DNA of 64,000 nt from Octopus vulgaris (taxonomy: Eukaryota): the NCBI GenBank assembly GCA_951406725.2, contig OX597827.1:43338001-43402000 (forward strand). The letters run 5' to 3'. A model generated the notes under the pieces. That model saw nothing but the letters and a program-made list of their open reading frames with translations. It made no database searches and was not told the DNA's origin. Every line of letters begins with the position of its first letter. Position 1 is the first letter of the stretch. This document shows positions 1-13,336 of the stretch, one piece after another. Made by a program: the position numbers and the translations under genes.

Positions 1-46
1 GTAGACTGACCACTACCACCATTACCACCACCATCACCGCAACTCC

Positions 47-530
47 ATGCCTACATTTCATGCTTATGAGCATTTCACATATAACTACATTTCACATGTA
101 TGTACATACCTACATTTCCCACCAACATACATTTCACGCATACGCAAGTTTCGTACACAGCGTTCTGCATATACCTACATTCCTTGTACACTCACATTTC
201 ACAAATGCCAACAATTCACACATACCTATATTCCTCACAAACATTCCATACATGCCGGTACTTCATACATACCTACATTTCATACATGCTTACAATTTCC
301 CCACATATACATTTCACACCTACATTCATTCCACCACACATACATTCCACTACACATACATTTAACCACACATACATTATACCACACATATATTCCAAAC
401 GTGCTTATATTCAACACAAGCCTACACATCAGATACGTCTACATTCCACGCATTCATACATTCCACCCGCACGTATATTCGATATGTGCCAATATTCCAT
501 ACACACCTACATCAGACAATCTTACACTTC
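47..530. repeat. Degenerate ~17-bp minisatellite-like tract (CCTACATTTCACACATA-like)
   Basis: Recurrent TACATTTC/TACATTCC and CATACC words; the three overlapping ORFs are low-complexity H/T/Y/I translations. Confidence 0.6.
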
Positions 531-550
531 ATGTAATTTTTACGTTTTAT

Positions 551-919
551 CTTTTACTTCTTTCAGTTAATAGACTGCGGCCATGCTGGGGCATTGCCTT
601 AAATTTTTAGCTGAATAAATCGACCCAGTACTTATTTTTTTTAAACCTTGGCATTTATTCTATCGGTGTCTTTGACAGAACCGCTAAGTTACGGGTACGT
701 AAACAGACTAACAAAAGTTGTCAAGCGATGATTTAAAACAAACACAGACACAAAGAGATACGCGCACACACACACACACACACACATACGACGGGCTTCT
801 TTCAGTTTCAGCCAAACAAATCCACTTTGGTCGGCGCGAGGCTATAGTAGAAGACTGAAGCGGGACTGAACCCGGAACCATGTAGTTGCGAAGCAAGGCA
901 AGCTTCCTACCACACAGCT
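551..919 (-). mobile_element. tRNA-derived SINE family A, degenerate copy
   Basis: Reverse-complement match to the full copy at 12587-13006 (tail GACTGCGGCCATGCTGG, body CCGCTAAGTTACGGG, head GGGACTGAACCCGGAACCATG). Confidence 0.85.
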
Positions 920-2942
<2,023 letters not shown>

Positions 2943-3224
2943 TCATAAGGCAAAAAAACATTTTTTAATAATAATAAAATGAATGCTATAACGAACACTG
3001 CGAAAGGGAAGTCTATATGTTTTCGCTTGACCTGTTAGAAACACCAGGTAAAGCTTCTTCAAATACTATTGTGCAGTCTTGGTAAATTAATTCTTTCTAC
3101 TAAAGCCGCAGGGTCTTAATTGTGATGGGTGGAGAGGATAGTCGGTTACAGCAGCACTAGTGCTCAACTGGTACACATTTTATCGACTCATATCCTTAAA
3201 TTCTCCGCATACGCATACACGCAT

Positions 3225-3259
<35 letters not shown>

Positions 3260-3522
3260 CTTACCTACATTCTTGACATACCTTTCCTATATGACTACAC
3301 TACCTCCTCCCCTTGCTCCCCTCACCTTCTGTGTTAAAATCACGGCGCGGCTAAATTTCATAATTTACTGATATTAAGTAAGATATACTGATGGCTATTT
3401 TAATCAAATACTACTTTTGGTGAGTGTAACAGGAATTCTGTTCAACTGGGATTATTTATTTACTGGTTTCTTACATCTGTAGCGACAGATTTTCTCATAG
3501 CTTGAGAGTGACTGTGAGTACA

Positions 3523-3563
3523 AGCTACTGACGAAGGGCAATGAGGGAGAAATGCATCTAACT
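3523..3563 (+). ncRNA. Degenerate minimal hammerhead ribozyme motif
   Basis: AGCTA-CTGACGA-AGGGCAATGAGGGA-GAA-ATGCAT-C^-TAACT. Both core boxes present, palindromic helix III (ATGCAT), helix I 4/5 pairs, helix II no longer pairs. Confidence 0.45.
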
Positions 3564-3752
3564 GTTGATAAGACGATTTTCGTCTGCCTTCGATATATAT
3601 ACATTGTGTTTTTAAACACAGTACGTCCGTAAGACATGTTGTTTCCGGACAAAAACCGCACAAAAATTTGCTTTTTCTCTGCATCATTAGCTCCGACACA
3701 TATTACAATTATAATCTAATACTGCTTTTGATACATAATGTACACACACACA

Positions 3753-3799
<47 letters not shown>

Positions 3800-4237
3800 A
3801 CACATTCACACACACACACGCACTCACACTCACACACACACATACACACACACACACACACGTACGCACACACACTCACTCATATATGTTCTGAACAGTC
3901 ATTTAGACAGAGAAATGACAACGATCGCAAGCAGTCTGTCAATAAGGCTATCAATTAACGAGTCAATTGATCATGAAGCAATCAAATATTAAACCAATCA
4001 TTAAAATCAATATACGCATGGACACACACGTACTCATATGATATGTTTGCCATCTATGTATCTTACTTAACGCACATACTCCGCCGAAAGGCAAATTTAC
4101 TGTGGTATTCGTCCAGAGATAACTTCTTCTACCGATGGATAGATAAATAGCTGTGCATTCAGAAAAGCCTGCATACGTACATGCATACACGTGTTTGTGT
4201 ATATGTGTCCACGCGCGTGTAAATACACACACGCACG

Positions 4238-4272
<35 letters not shown>

Positions 4273-4550
4273 GCACACACATATAGACGAAATTAATATA
4301 GACTCCAATTTGCAATGCTTTACTAAAAAGGAAAGCTCAAGGGCAATAGCAGCGGTAAAGGGGTAGGGGACAGGGCTGAGAGGATGGTCATAGTGCTAAA
4401 AACAATCACACACACATACACACACGCACACACACACGCACACACACACACACACAGACACACAGATGCAAACGCATGCGAATATACGGATACACATTAT
4501 AGATGAACTTAATGGAATAAACGGAGCAAGAGCCACACACGAAGACGGAA

Positions 4551-4599
4551 ATTGTCGCTGAAGAGGTCACAGGTGTGTGACGAAAGATTTCCGGACAAT
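4551..4599 (+). ncRNA. Minimal type I hammerhead ribozyme (pseudo-LTR copy 1)
   Basis: ATTGTCG-CTGAAGA-G-GTCACA-GGTG-TGTGAC-GAA-AGATTT-C^-CGGACAAT. 6-bp helix II, 7-bp helix I with one bulge, near-palindromic helix III. Confidence 0.75.
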
Positions 4600-4687
4600 G
4601 GACATGGGTTAGAATAACGAGTGAAGAACGAATATATAGTGCGTGTGTTTATTTGGCAAAAAAAAAAACAATTACCATTCCGAAATA

Positions 4688-5076
4688 TGGAGTGGAAGCA
4701 CTCCGTCGGTTACGACGACGAGGGTTCCGGTTGATCCGAATCAACGGAACAGCCTGCTCGTGAAATTAACGTGTAAGTGGCTGAGCACTCCACAGACACG
4801 TGTACCCTTAACGTAGTTCTCGGAGATATTCAGCGTGACACAGAGAGTGACAAGGCTGGCCCTTTGAAATACAGGTACAACAGAAACAGGAAGTAAGAGT
4901 GAGAGAAAGTTGTGGTGAAAGAGTACAGCAGGGATCGCTACCACCCCCTGCCGGAGCCTCGTGGAGCTTTTAGGTGCTTTCGCTCAATAAACACTCACAA
5001 CTCCCGGTCTGGGAATCGAAGCCGCGATCCTATGACCGCGAGTCCGCTGCCCTAGCCACTGGGCCATTGCGCCTCC
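4688..5076 (-). mobile_element. Full-length tRNA-derived SINE family C (octopus OR-like) with TSD
   Basis: Minus-strand head GGAGGCGCAATGGCCCAGTGG (A box) and GCTTCGATTCCC (B box). TSD ATTCCGAAATA at 4677-4687 and 5077-5087; the empty site is preserved in the paralogous repeat near 6273-6285. Confidence 0.92.
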
Positions 5077-5180
5077 ATTCCGAAATACAACGCTATGTAG
5101 AAACACCTATATTGCAGAAATAAGAGTTGAAAAGCACTAATGCTGCAGGCAAAACATAATTTCCTATATATATATATACA

Positions 5181-5316
5181 CTGACAGGGACTGTAATCGT
5201 CCGGAAACACCGTTCGAGAATTACTCATACTGATCGGTCAGTTTCGGCAATATCCATTGTCTCATCAGTAAGGACTGGCTCGACTCCGGCATATTCCGGA
5301 CATATTTCTCTGTCAG
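5181..5316. mobile_element. 136-bp fold-back (MITE-like) element enclosing a hammerhead ribozyme
   Basis: Termini CTGACAGGGA...TCTCTGTCAG, inner inverted blocks GTCCGGAA/TTCCGGAC and TCGAG/CTCGA, TA-repeat flanks on both sides. Confidence 0.65.
5224..5272 (-). ncRNA. Canonical three-helix type I hammerhead ribozyme
   Basis: Minus strand CTTA-CTGATGA-GACAAT-GGAT-ATTGCC-GAA-ACTGA-CCGA-TCAGT-A^-TGAG. All core nucleotides present; helix II 5/6, helix III 5/5, helix I 4 bp extended past an internal loop by TCGAG/CTCGA. Confidence 0.88.
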
Positions 5317-5412
5317 TATATACGTTTTCCTCATAAATATCTATGGATGATTTAGCGAAATAGCTAATGTGTATTGAGGAAATTAATATGGACGAGCTCG
5401 GTTAATAGCATA

Positions 5413-5520
5413 ACGGTTAAAGTATTATCAACGCATAGAAATGATGCGACACTTTGACAGGCCATAGAAGCTACACATATAGCAATAGACCGACCGAGCC
5501 TCAACAGAAAACATGAATGG
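5413..5520 (+). pseudogene. Penelope-like GIY-YIG endonuclease C-terminal relic
   Basis: Manual translation TVKVLSTHRNDATL*QAIEATHIAIDRPSLNRKHEW, with the EA...P.LN pattern that ends Penelope-like ORFs; one internal stop. Confidence 0.55.
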
Positions 5521-5980
5521 AGCAATAACACCAACCACACACCACACAACATGATTACTAAAGACAGAAGGGGAAAAAATACCAGATACAAACTCTGTAA
5601 TACACACAATAGACAAATGTGTACATACCTATGATAAATATAAGAAATAGAGATAGCTATATAAAAAAAAAACTGTATAAAGGGCACGGATACAAACAAC
5701 ATAGGAAGCGAACCCATACACACACACAAACATACATACAGTAACTTCATAGACGACCGCAAAAATATCAATACGACCAGCAACGACTACAGCAACATCG
5801 GTAACAACAATAGCAACAACAACTACCACGATGGCAGTAGCTTAGGCGAACATACAAACACAGAGGGATACAGGAACGATACCAAAAGTGGGGCTCAAGG
5901 GCAGTAGCTGCAGCAACGGGGTAGGCGACAAGGCTGAGAGGAGGGTCACAGTGCTAAAACAATCACACACACTAAAACAA

Positions 5981-6023
<43 letters not shown>

Positions 6024-6121
6024 ACACACATACACAGACGCAAAGGCATGCGAATATACCGATACAGATTATAGAAGAACAGGATGGAATAAACGGAGCA
6101 AGAGCACACACGAAGATGGAT

Positions 6122-6170
6122 ATTGTCACTGAAGAGGTCACAGGTGTGTGACGAAAGATTTCTGGACAAT
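6122..6170 (+). ncRNA. Minimal type I hammerhead ribozyme (pseudo-LTR copy 2)
   Basis: ATTGTCA-CTGAAGA-G-GTCACA-GGTG-TGTGAC-GAA-AGATTT-C^-TGGACAAT; the core is identical to 4558-4591. Confidence 0.75.
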
Positions 6171-6593
6171 GGACATGAGTTGGAATAAGAACCGTAATAA
6201 AATAGTGATAGTGAAGAACAAATATATATGGTGCGTGTGTTTATTTGGCAAAAAGAAATGGAAAAGAAATTACCATTCCGAAATATAACGATACCTGTTT
6301 CAACACATGGTTTCACATCAGGAATATTGTAACACAAATTCATAAACGCATTTTGCAATGTTTTACCACAAAATAAATACTATAATTGTCACTAAATGTG
6401 ACTAGGGTGTTAGAAGCACCTACATTGCTAGAAATAAGAGCTAAAATGCTCTAATGCTTGGGATCAGCAGTACTTTATTATCTCCCTTTCTTTCAACCTC
6501 TTCTTTCAGACTCTTTTTAAAATCATTCGCTATGATTGACCGCTAAATCTATAAGTTTTTTCTCATTCTCTCTCTGTTTATTTTCTCTTATTC

Positions 6594-6629
6594 CTTTCTG
6601 CCGAAGAGCATAGGCTCGAAACGTTAAAG
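6594..6629 (+). ncRNA. Minimal hammerhead variant (A6C core) in a Penelope-type terminal repeat (~6470-6710)
   Basis: CTTT-CTGCCGA-A-GAGC-ATAG-GCTC-GAA-ACGT-T^-AAAG. Same layout as 40026-40060; pyrimidine-rich flanks end in (TA)n. Confidence 0.6.
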
Positions 6630-6699
6630 ACTTTTTGGATTTCCCAAGCGTCAAACTAATACACTTGCTTCTTTTTCATACGCCTGTCTTCGTCATTTG

Positions 6700-6734
<35 letters not shown>

Positions 6735-6829
6735 GATACCGACGTGCCAGTATTAACCGAAAGTAACAATGAGTTGTGATTTCAGCAGGACACCACTTTG
6801 TTTGTAGGGTGGGGGATTAGTTAATAATA

Positions 6830-6980
6830 TCGCCCCCAGTATATGACTGGTGCTTTGTTATATTTGTAGCGGTGGGATAACATGTAAAGTTAAACTCGAT
6901 AGAATTTGAACCCAGAACGTAAAGAATTTGAATAATATCACAGGGACATTTTTTCAGACTCTTTAACGATTCTACCAGCG
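6830..6980 (-). mobile_element. Old SINE family B relic
   Basis: GAATTTGAACCCAGAACGTAAAG and TAACGATTCTACCAG match the reverse complement of the family B head. Confidence 0.6.
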
Positions 6981-7019
6981 AGTGTTGATACTGGTTTCTG
7001 ATATTTTTTTCTCTTCAAT

Positions 7020-7212
7020 TCTATTTGCTTCAGTCATTTGACTGCTGCCATGCTGGGGCACCACCTTGAATTGTAAGTCGAAAGAATCTATTCCCCCACC
7101 AGTACTTCGGTTTTAAGTCTTTTGCAGAACCGCTAAGTTACAGGGATGCAAACACACCGACACCGGTTGCGTAACAGTGGTGGGAGACAAACACAGACAG
7201 AAACATAGACAG

Positions 7213-7266
<54 letters not shown>

Positions 7267-7429
7267 ATACGCACACCCGACGGGGTTCCAGTTTTCCCTC
7301 TACCAATCCACTCAGAAAGCTTTGATTGACCTGCGGCTATAGTGGAAAGCACCTGCCCAAGGTGCCACGCAGTGGGACTGAACCCGAAACCATGTGGTTG
7401 TTAGGCAAGCTTCTTACCATAGAGCCACG
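7020..7429 (-). mobile_element. SINE family A copy
   Basis: Tail TTCAGTCATTTGACTGCTGCCATGC through head CCCAAGGTGCCACGCAGTGGGACTGAACCC. Confidence 0.88.
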
Positions 7430-7459
7430 TCGAGGGGATGTCAAGGACGGGTTCTTCAT

Positions 7460-7802
7460 TTTATGACTAGTACTTTGTTTCATCGATACCAAAAGGATGA
7501 AGGGCAAAATAGACTTCGGCGGGATTTGAATTCGGAACTTAAAAGAACTGGAGTGCATAAAGTACTTAACTAACTCCCCCAACGATTCTGTCTGAGAGTG
7601 AAATTAATGGCACCAAGGTCGGCAATTTTGAGGGGATGCGACAATTCGATTGCAGCGCCTCCTCTCCGCTACTTTATTTTATCCATCCTCGGAAGCATAG
7701 AAGTTGGCCTCGGGGTTATTTGAACACAGAACCGTAAAGAGCCGGAAGAAATGTCACTAAGCAATTTGACCGGCACGCTAATGATCTTGTTAGCTCGCCG
7801 CT
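7460..7802 (-). mobile_element. Two old SINE family B relics
   Basis: AAGGATGAAGGGCAAAATAGACTTCGGCGGGATTTGAA and TTTGAACACAGAA...AGCTCGCCGCC segments. Confidence 0.6.
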
Positions 7803-7976
7803 TTTACTAGTGTTAATAAATAATAACTGTAATTTTTCTTGTTATTGTTGTTGATGTTCTTTTCTCTTCTTCTTCCCCTCCTCCTCCTCCTCTTCCTCCT
7901 CCTCCTTCGTTTTCTCATCTTGCTCCTCATCCACCTCCTTCTTCTTCTGCTCCTCCTGCCCCTGTTCCCACTCCTT

Positions 7977-8041
<65 letters not shown>

Positions 8042-8839
8042 CATCATCATCATCATCATCATCACCATCATCATCATCATTATTATTATTATAATTATTA
8101 TCATGATCATTATTATCCTACTTGATTCTCCACTCCAACTCCCCACCTTCCTACACCTCTTCCCGCTTCTGTCCACCTCCCACCAACCGTCTCCTCCTTC
8201 CCGCTCCTTACGTCAACAATAGGTTTAGTGAAAAACATACAAAGCTAGCAACGCTATTCTAAATAGGTGTTTTACCGTCTCAGAGAAATTGGAACATATC
8301 TACAACAGCCGCGTCAACAACATCGAACACAAAATAGATATACAAAATGGCCGTCTGATATTTTCGCCCGATCTCTTGTAAACATAATAACGTCAAACAA
8401 CGAGTTGAGAACGGTGGTAATGACGGTGTTGGTGTTGGTGTTGGTGTTGGTAATGGTGTTGGTGATGGTGGTGGTGGTCGTGGTGTCGGCGTGTGGAGGC
8501 GGTAGTTGTAGCGATGGAAGATGGAAGGACAATAAAGAGATTTACAGGAAACCTTTGTCAACATTGTGACGGCCACAATCAAACGTTGGCTGCATAGAAG
8601 AGCTGCGTATACATATATTCATGTACAGAGAGACATACACATACGTACATACATACATACATACGTACGTACATACATACATACATACATACATATATGC
8701 ATGCATGCATACATACATACATACATACATGCATACATACATACATACACAAACACATATATATACACACACATATATACAGACATATGTTTGTGTGTGT
8801 ATATATATATACAGATATATATATATATGCGTGTGCATG

Positions 8840-8877
<38 letters not shown>

Positions 8878-8939
8878 GACATATGTATGTGTGTGTGTAT
8901 ATATATATATGTGTATGTGTACAGACATATGTATGTGTG

Positions 8940-8977
<38 letters not shown>

Positions 8978-9493
8978 GTATATAATTTATCGACTTATAA
9001 TTCATACACCATTTTACAGACACTTTACTCAAATTGCCTTGCTTGTATACACACACACACACACACACACACAAGCCCACTTGCAAAATTACACACAGGC
9101 GCACACACACACATACATACACGCACACACACAAACACAAACAGAAGCACGCATGGCTCATGAACAAGCACCTACACACACGCCTATATTCGCCATATAT
9201 ATATATATATATATATATATGCTTTTTTTCCAGTTTATATTTATTAACATTTTTTGATATGCAATTTATATTACGATGTTCTTGTAAAAAAAACTTTTCA
9301 GACTTCTGCTTTTACAGTTGAACAACAACAACAACAACAACAACAACAATAATAACAATAATATGCGAAGCTGTCAATCATTGGTAGTCGATCTACTGAG
9401 TTAGTTTACAAACAAATATATTGATATCTGCTTGTGTTCGATTATTATGAGAGATTTTGGAAACTCTGTGAGAATGGTTATAAGATTTATACA

Positions 9494-10375
9494 ATGGCTG
9501 ACGTATTCAATCAAGTCGTCTGCATTAAATTTTGCATGAAACTTGATTAATGTTTCGCTAAGATCTTTCAAATTCTTCGTCACGTTTTTATTTATTTATT
9601 TATTTATTTATTTGTCGTGGAAATTCTTTTGACAGAACAGAAAATTTTTGAGTGACAAGCACGTTTCAAGGCTGGTCGTGTGTCGGTTCTAGACCGATGG
9701 CCCTTGAGAGAGAGAGAGAGAGAGAAAGAGAGACAAACAGAGAGGGAGAGAGAGAGAGAGAGAGCCAAGTCATTAGCAAAAAAATCAGTCATTGGGCTGC
9801 GGCCATGCTGGAGGTCTACCTTGAAAGGTTTATCGATACACAGTACATATTGTTTCAAAGCCGAAGTACTTATTATATTGGTTTCTTAAGCCAAAACGCC
9901 AAATTACAGGGACGTAAACAAACCAACACCTGTTGGCAAGCAATGGTGGAGGACTAACATAGCCACAAAGACACACACACACTCACACACATACATACTA
10001 CATACATACGTACGTACATATATACGTACATACATACATACATACATATGTACGTACACACACACACATATATACGACCGACTTCTTTCAGTTTCTATCC
10101 ACCAAAAGCCACTCAAATGTTTTAATAGACCCGGGCCTATAGTAGAAGGCATTTGCTCAAAGTACCATGCAGTGGGACTGGATCCAGAAACATGTGGTTC
10201 AGAGGGAAACTTCTTACCAGACAGCCACGTCTGGAAGCATTTTGTGAGCTCCTCATCCATAAGATTCGTCGCCAAACTCTCAACCGATTTTCTGACTTGA
10301 CTGGAATCAGTTCTAATTATTTGCCAGGAGATTCTCACAGACGACCTCAACATGCATGGCATTCCTGCGAACTTT
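9494..10375 (+). pseudogene. Decayed mariner transposase N-terminal (DNA-binding) region, split by microsatellites and a SINE
   Basis: Three in-order pieces: MADVFNQVVCIKFCMKLD*CFAKIFQILRHVF (9494), IFE*QARFKAGRVSVLD (~9645), ELLIHKIRRQTLNRFSDLTGIS/CQEILTDDLNMHGIPANF (10245-10375). These match mariner CIKFC, W..RFK.GR and HTH-to-AKFVP motifs. Confidence 0.8.
9785..10229 (-). mobile_element. SINE family A copy nested in the mariner relic
   Basis: TCAGTCATTGGGCTGCGGCCATGCTGG ... AGTGGGACTGGATCCAGAAACATGTGG. Confidence 0.85.
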
Positions 10376-10890
10376 ACCCCCTTGGTTTCTTCCTTGGTTC
10401 TTTCTTAGCACAATTAAAAAGTAACAGCGTCTTGATGTATGTGAGCTCTAAGGTTCGTGAGAAGGTTAATGACATTACAAAACCTCAGGTAAATAACAAA
10501 ACACCTGCTGATAGCATGAAGCCTATTTGCAGACTAATTCAACAGGCTGGCGACCAATGAGCTACACCTGTACAGACTCTTCCATTGACGAACAGCAGAA
10601 CCACAGCACTGTGCATTCCGGCAACTTTTTGATATCACGCCATGTTAGATAGAACGTAGGTTTAGAGAGAAAGTAGATTTTGTTTTCAATGTAAAATTGT
10701 TTATTGCACCTCCTTTATTTTTTTCTATCATAAATGTTTAGGTTTATGTTTTGTAACCGTTCTAAGTATGAAGTAAAATAGATTATAAATTAAAAATAAT
10801 GAAAATGTCTTCGTTCGCTGAGTCAACGTAAATAACACCTAAAGTAAAATGAGATAATAGTATAGAGTTGTCAGCAAAACACGAGTAATG

Positions 10891-11290
10891 AAATATCATA
10901 AAGAAAACTGCACATTAAACCTAAGGTGTAAGCTGATAAGAGCGAGCTTTTTGTAGTTAGCAAGTACATTGTTAATACTATCAACAGCAAAATCAGAAAA
11001 GTTAGTAAACTACAACAGCGGCATAGAAGTAATGTCGTAAATGACTAGTTCAATAGCGTCAATAAAAAGTAGATGCAAGTTCGTTCAATTTAACATGGTA
11101 GAATTTTACTCAAGGCATTCGTATTTAGAAAGAAACACAGTAGCGTGAATAGTAACGATGTTTAGATAATAATGCAGTCTAGGAAATATCTGCTTTTCAA
11201 CAGCGACTGCTCATAGTTGGAAACCGTTTGATGTCAGCACGAGCGCCTAAGGCAAAGCAGATATACTGAGCTGGATGGAAGATGCTTTCT
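10891..11290 (+). pseudogene. Highly decayed Penelope-like reverse transcriptase
   Basis: Frame-hopping translation KYHKENCTLNLRCKLI / SELFVVSKYIVNTINSKIR / KFVQFNMVEFYS / IIMQSRKYLLFN / PFDVSTSA*GKADI..EL. Collinear with the KDHKEN..P.CRLINP.KSE, F.QFDI.EFYPSI and FDVTMG.YDGAE.CEL motifs of Penelope-like RTs. Confidence 0.7.
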
Positions 11291-11469
11291 AGATACATTA
11301 AAAACAAAATTCATAACCTTAGACAACGAAATGCACAAAGATCATGCCTCAAAGTTCCGTATCACAAAAACGACCATACTTTACGTGAATGTAGAGAAGA
11401 TTTAATTAGCACAGTAAAGGAGGTCGACCTTAGTAACAAATATATTTACTTTCTTTAACATCAATAATT

Positions 11470-12470
11470 CTTTTTTATTAGAAAGTCTCTAACAAGGCGA
11501 AAAGCCACTTAGTGTAGGGGGCTATGAAGAAGGATAAGTTAAGATGAAAGGAATGAATTTATTTTGGACTTGAAAGAGTTCAGGTCATAAGGAGAGGGGA
11601 AACAATGAGATGGAAGAGAGTTTCAAAGTCTGGTAGGTCGAGGGAAAAAGCTACGATCGTAGAAAAATTTTTCTTATTCGTGGAAGCACAACAGCATTTG
11701 GAATAAGATGATGTGAGTTTCGAATCAGGCAATATGGCACAAAGTGATCTAGAACTAAGAGAGGAAGTTCATCAGAACACTTCTTGTGTGGCAGTAACAG
11801 TAGGAAAGACTAACATTAGAAACGCCATGTCGAGGCGACAAGGGTTCCAGAGTTGAAGCAAGAGAAGGACCAATCAAATTAGGGACTCGCTTCTGAACCA
11901 AATCAAGGAGATCCAAGTGACAAGATGGTGCGCCTGCCCAAATATGACAACAGTATTCCATGCATGGAGGCATTGTGGACTTTTAAAAAATACAAAATGG
12001 CCTCATATGTGAGGAAATCATTGACCTATACAACGACCCAACCTTACGGGAAGCAAACCTACTAAATGATTGTATGTAAAAACCCCAAAGAAAGATCAGG
12101 TGAGAAAGTAAATCAAGGAAATATCAAAGAATACCTTTCCTCAAGTGGTTTGATTGCCTCACCATGTGATATCTCAGACCAATAACTTATAAAAATGAGA
12201 AGAAAATAGGTATCCCGCTTCCCACTGAATGACATGAATTTTGTCTCTCCCAGGGTTGAAAGTTACTGGCCACTTCTCGCCCTATTTCTTAGCTTGCAGC
12301 TCCACCTCAAGATTTGCAGCAAATTCTAACCGTTTCAAGGGAGAGGGATTGCCAGGAAAACCAGAATAAAGAGTAGCGTGATCAGTATAAAGACAGATGA
12401 ATTTGTGAAGGACATTAGCAGTAAGATCGTTGATGTAGAAGAGTAATAGCAGTGGACGGAAAATACTACA
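11470..12470 (-). mobile_element. 5'-truncated CR1/Jockey-group LINE (RT C-terminal half and 3' UTR), decayed
   Basis: ORF pieces PLLLLFYINDL...LYTDHATLY (decayed YADD) and PCMEYCCHIWAGAP..HLDLLDLVQKR...LEPLS; 3' end near AATAAAAAA on the minus strand at ~11471. Confidence 0.85.
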
Positions 12471-12586
12471 TATAGTAAAGTTCCTACGCATAACATTAAT
12501 TATTAAGATAATGATAGACTCATGTGCATATTGATCCAAAAATCTTTCTCAATATATTAAAGTATTTAGTTAACAATATAAGCAAA

Positions 12587-13006
12587 GGCGCAGGAGTGGC
12601 TGCGTGGTAAGTAGCTTGCTAACCAACCACATGATTTCGGGTTCAGTCCCACTGCGTGGCATCTTGGGCAAGTGTCTTCTGCTATAGCCCCGGGCCGACC
12701 AATGCCTTGTGAGTGGATTTGGTTAGACGGAAACTGAAAGAAGCCTGTCGTATATATGTATATATATATAAGTGTGTGTGTATATGTTTGTGTGTCTGTG
12801 TTTGTCCCCTTAGCATTGCTTGACAACCGATGCTGATGTGTTTACGTCCCGTCACTTAGCGGTTCGGCAAAAGAGACCGATAGAATAAGTACTGGGCTTA
12901 CAAAGAATAAGTCCCGGGGTCGATTTGCTCGACTAAAGGCGGTGCTCCAGCATGGCCGCAGTCAAATGACTGAAACAAGTAAAAGAGTAAAAGAGTAAAG
13001 AGTAAA
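12587..13006 (+). mobile_element. Full-length tRNA-derived SINE family A (reference copy)
   Basis: Head GGCGCAGGAGTGGCTGCGTGG with B box GGTTCAGTCCC, internal TA/TG tract, tail ATGACTGAAACAAG(TAAAAGAG)n. Confidence 0.93.
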
Positions 13007-13148
13007 GGATAATGAAAACTTTAAAAAAACTGCCAGTTATTATAATAACATATTTGAATTAAAAAAATTCTTACTTATAAGCAGCTAAAAAAGAAAAAAA
13101 GAAAAAGAGACCGTCGACCCGTTTAATTTACTCCAGGACAATATTTGA

Positions 13149-13336
<188 letters not shown>

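Larger units (their letters stand above)
4336..6457 (+). mobile_element. Internally deleted Penelope-like element with two direct pseudo-LTRs (4336-5145 and 5893-6457)
   Basis: Two diverged direct repeats, each carrying an HHR, flank a GIY-YIG C-terminal relic at 5413-5520. Repeat 1 is interrupted by a SINE. Confidence 0.6.

Noticed and set aside
3460-3699. Protein-looking 79-aa minus-strand ORF
   Set aside because: No recognisable motif, and it overlaps a decayed plus-strand HHR/terminal-repeat relic.
11765-11785. CTGATGA on the minus strand
   Set aside because: Lies within LINE coding sequence, with no helix II or GAAA.
12587-12660. tRNA-like heads here and in the other SINE copies
   Set aside because: They have A/B boxes but no complete cloverleaf and are always fused to SINE bodies, so they are not tRNA genes.
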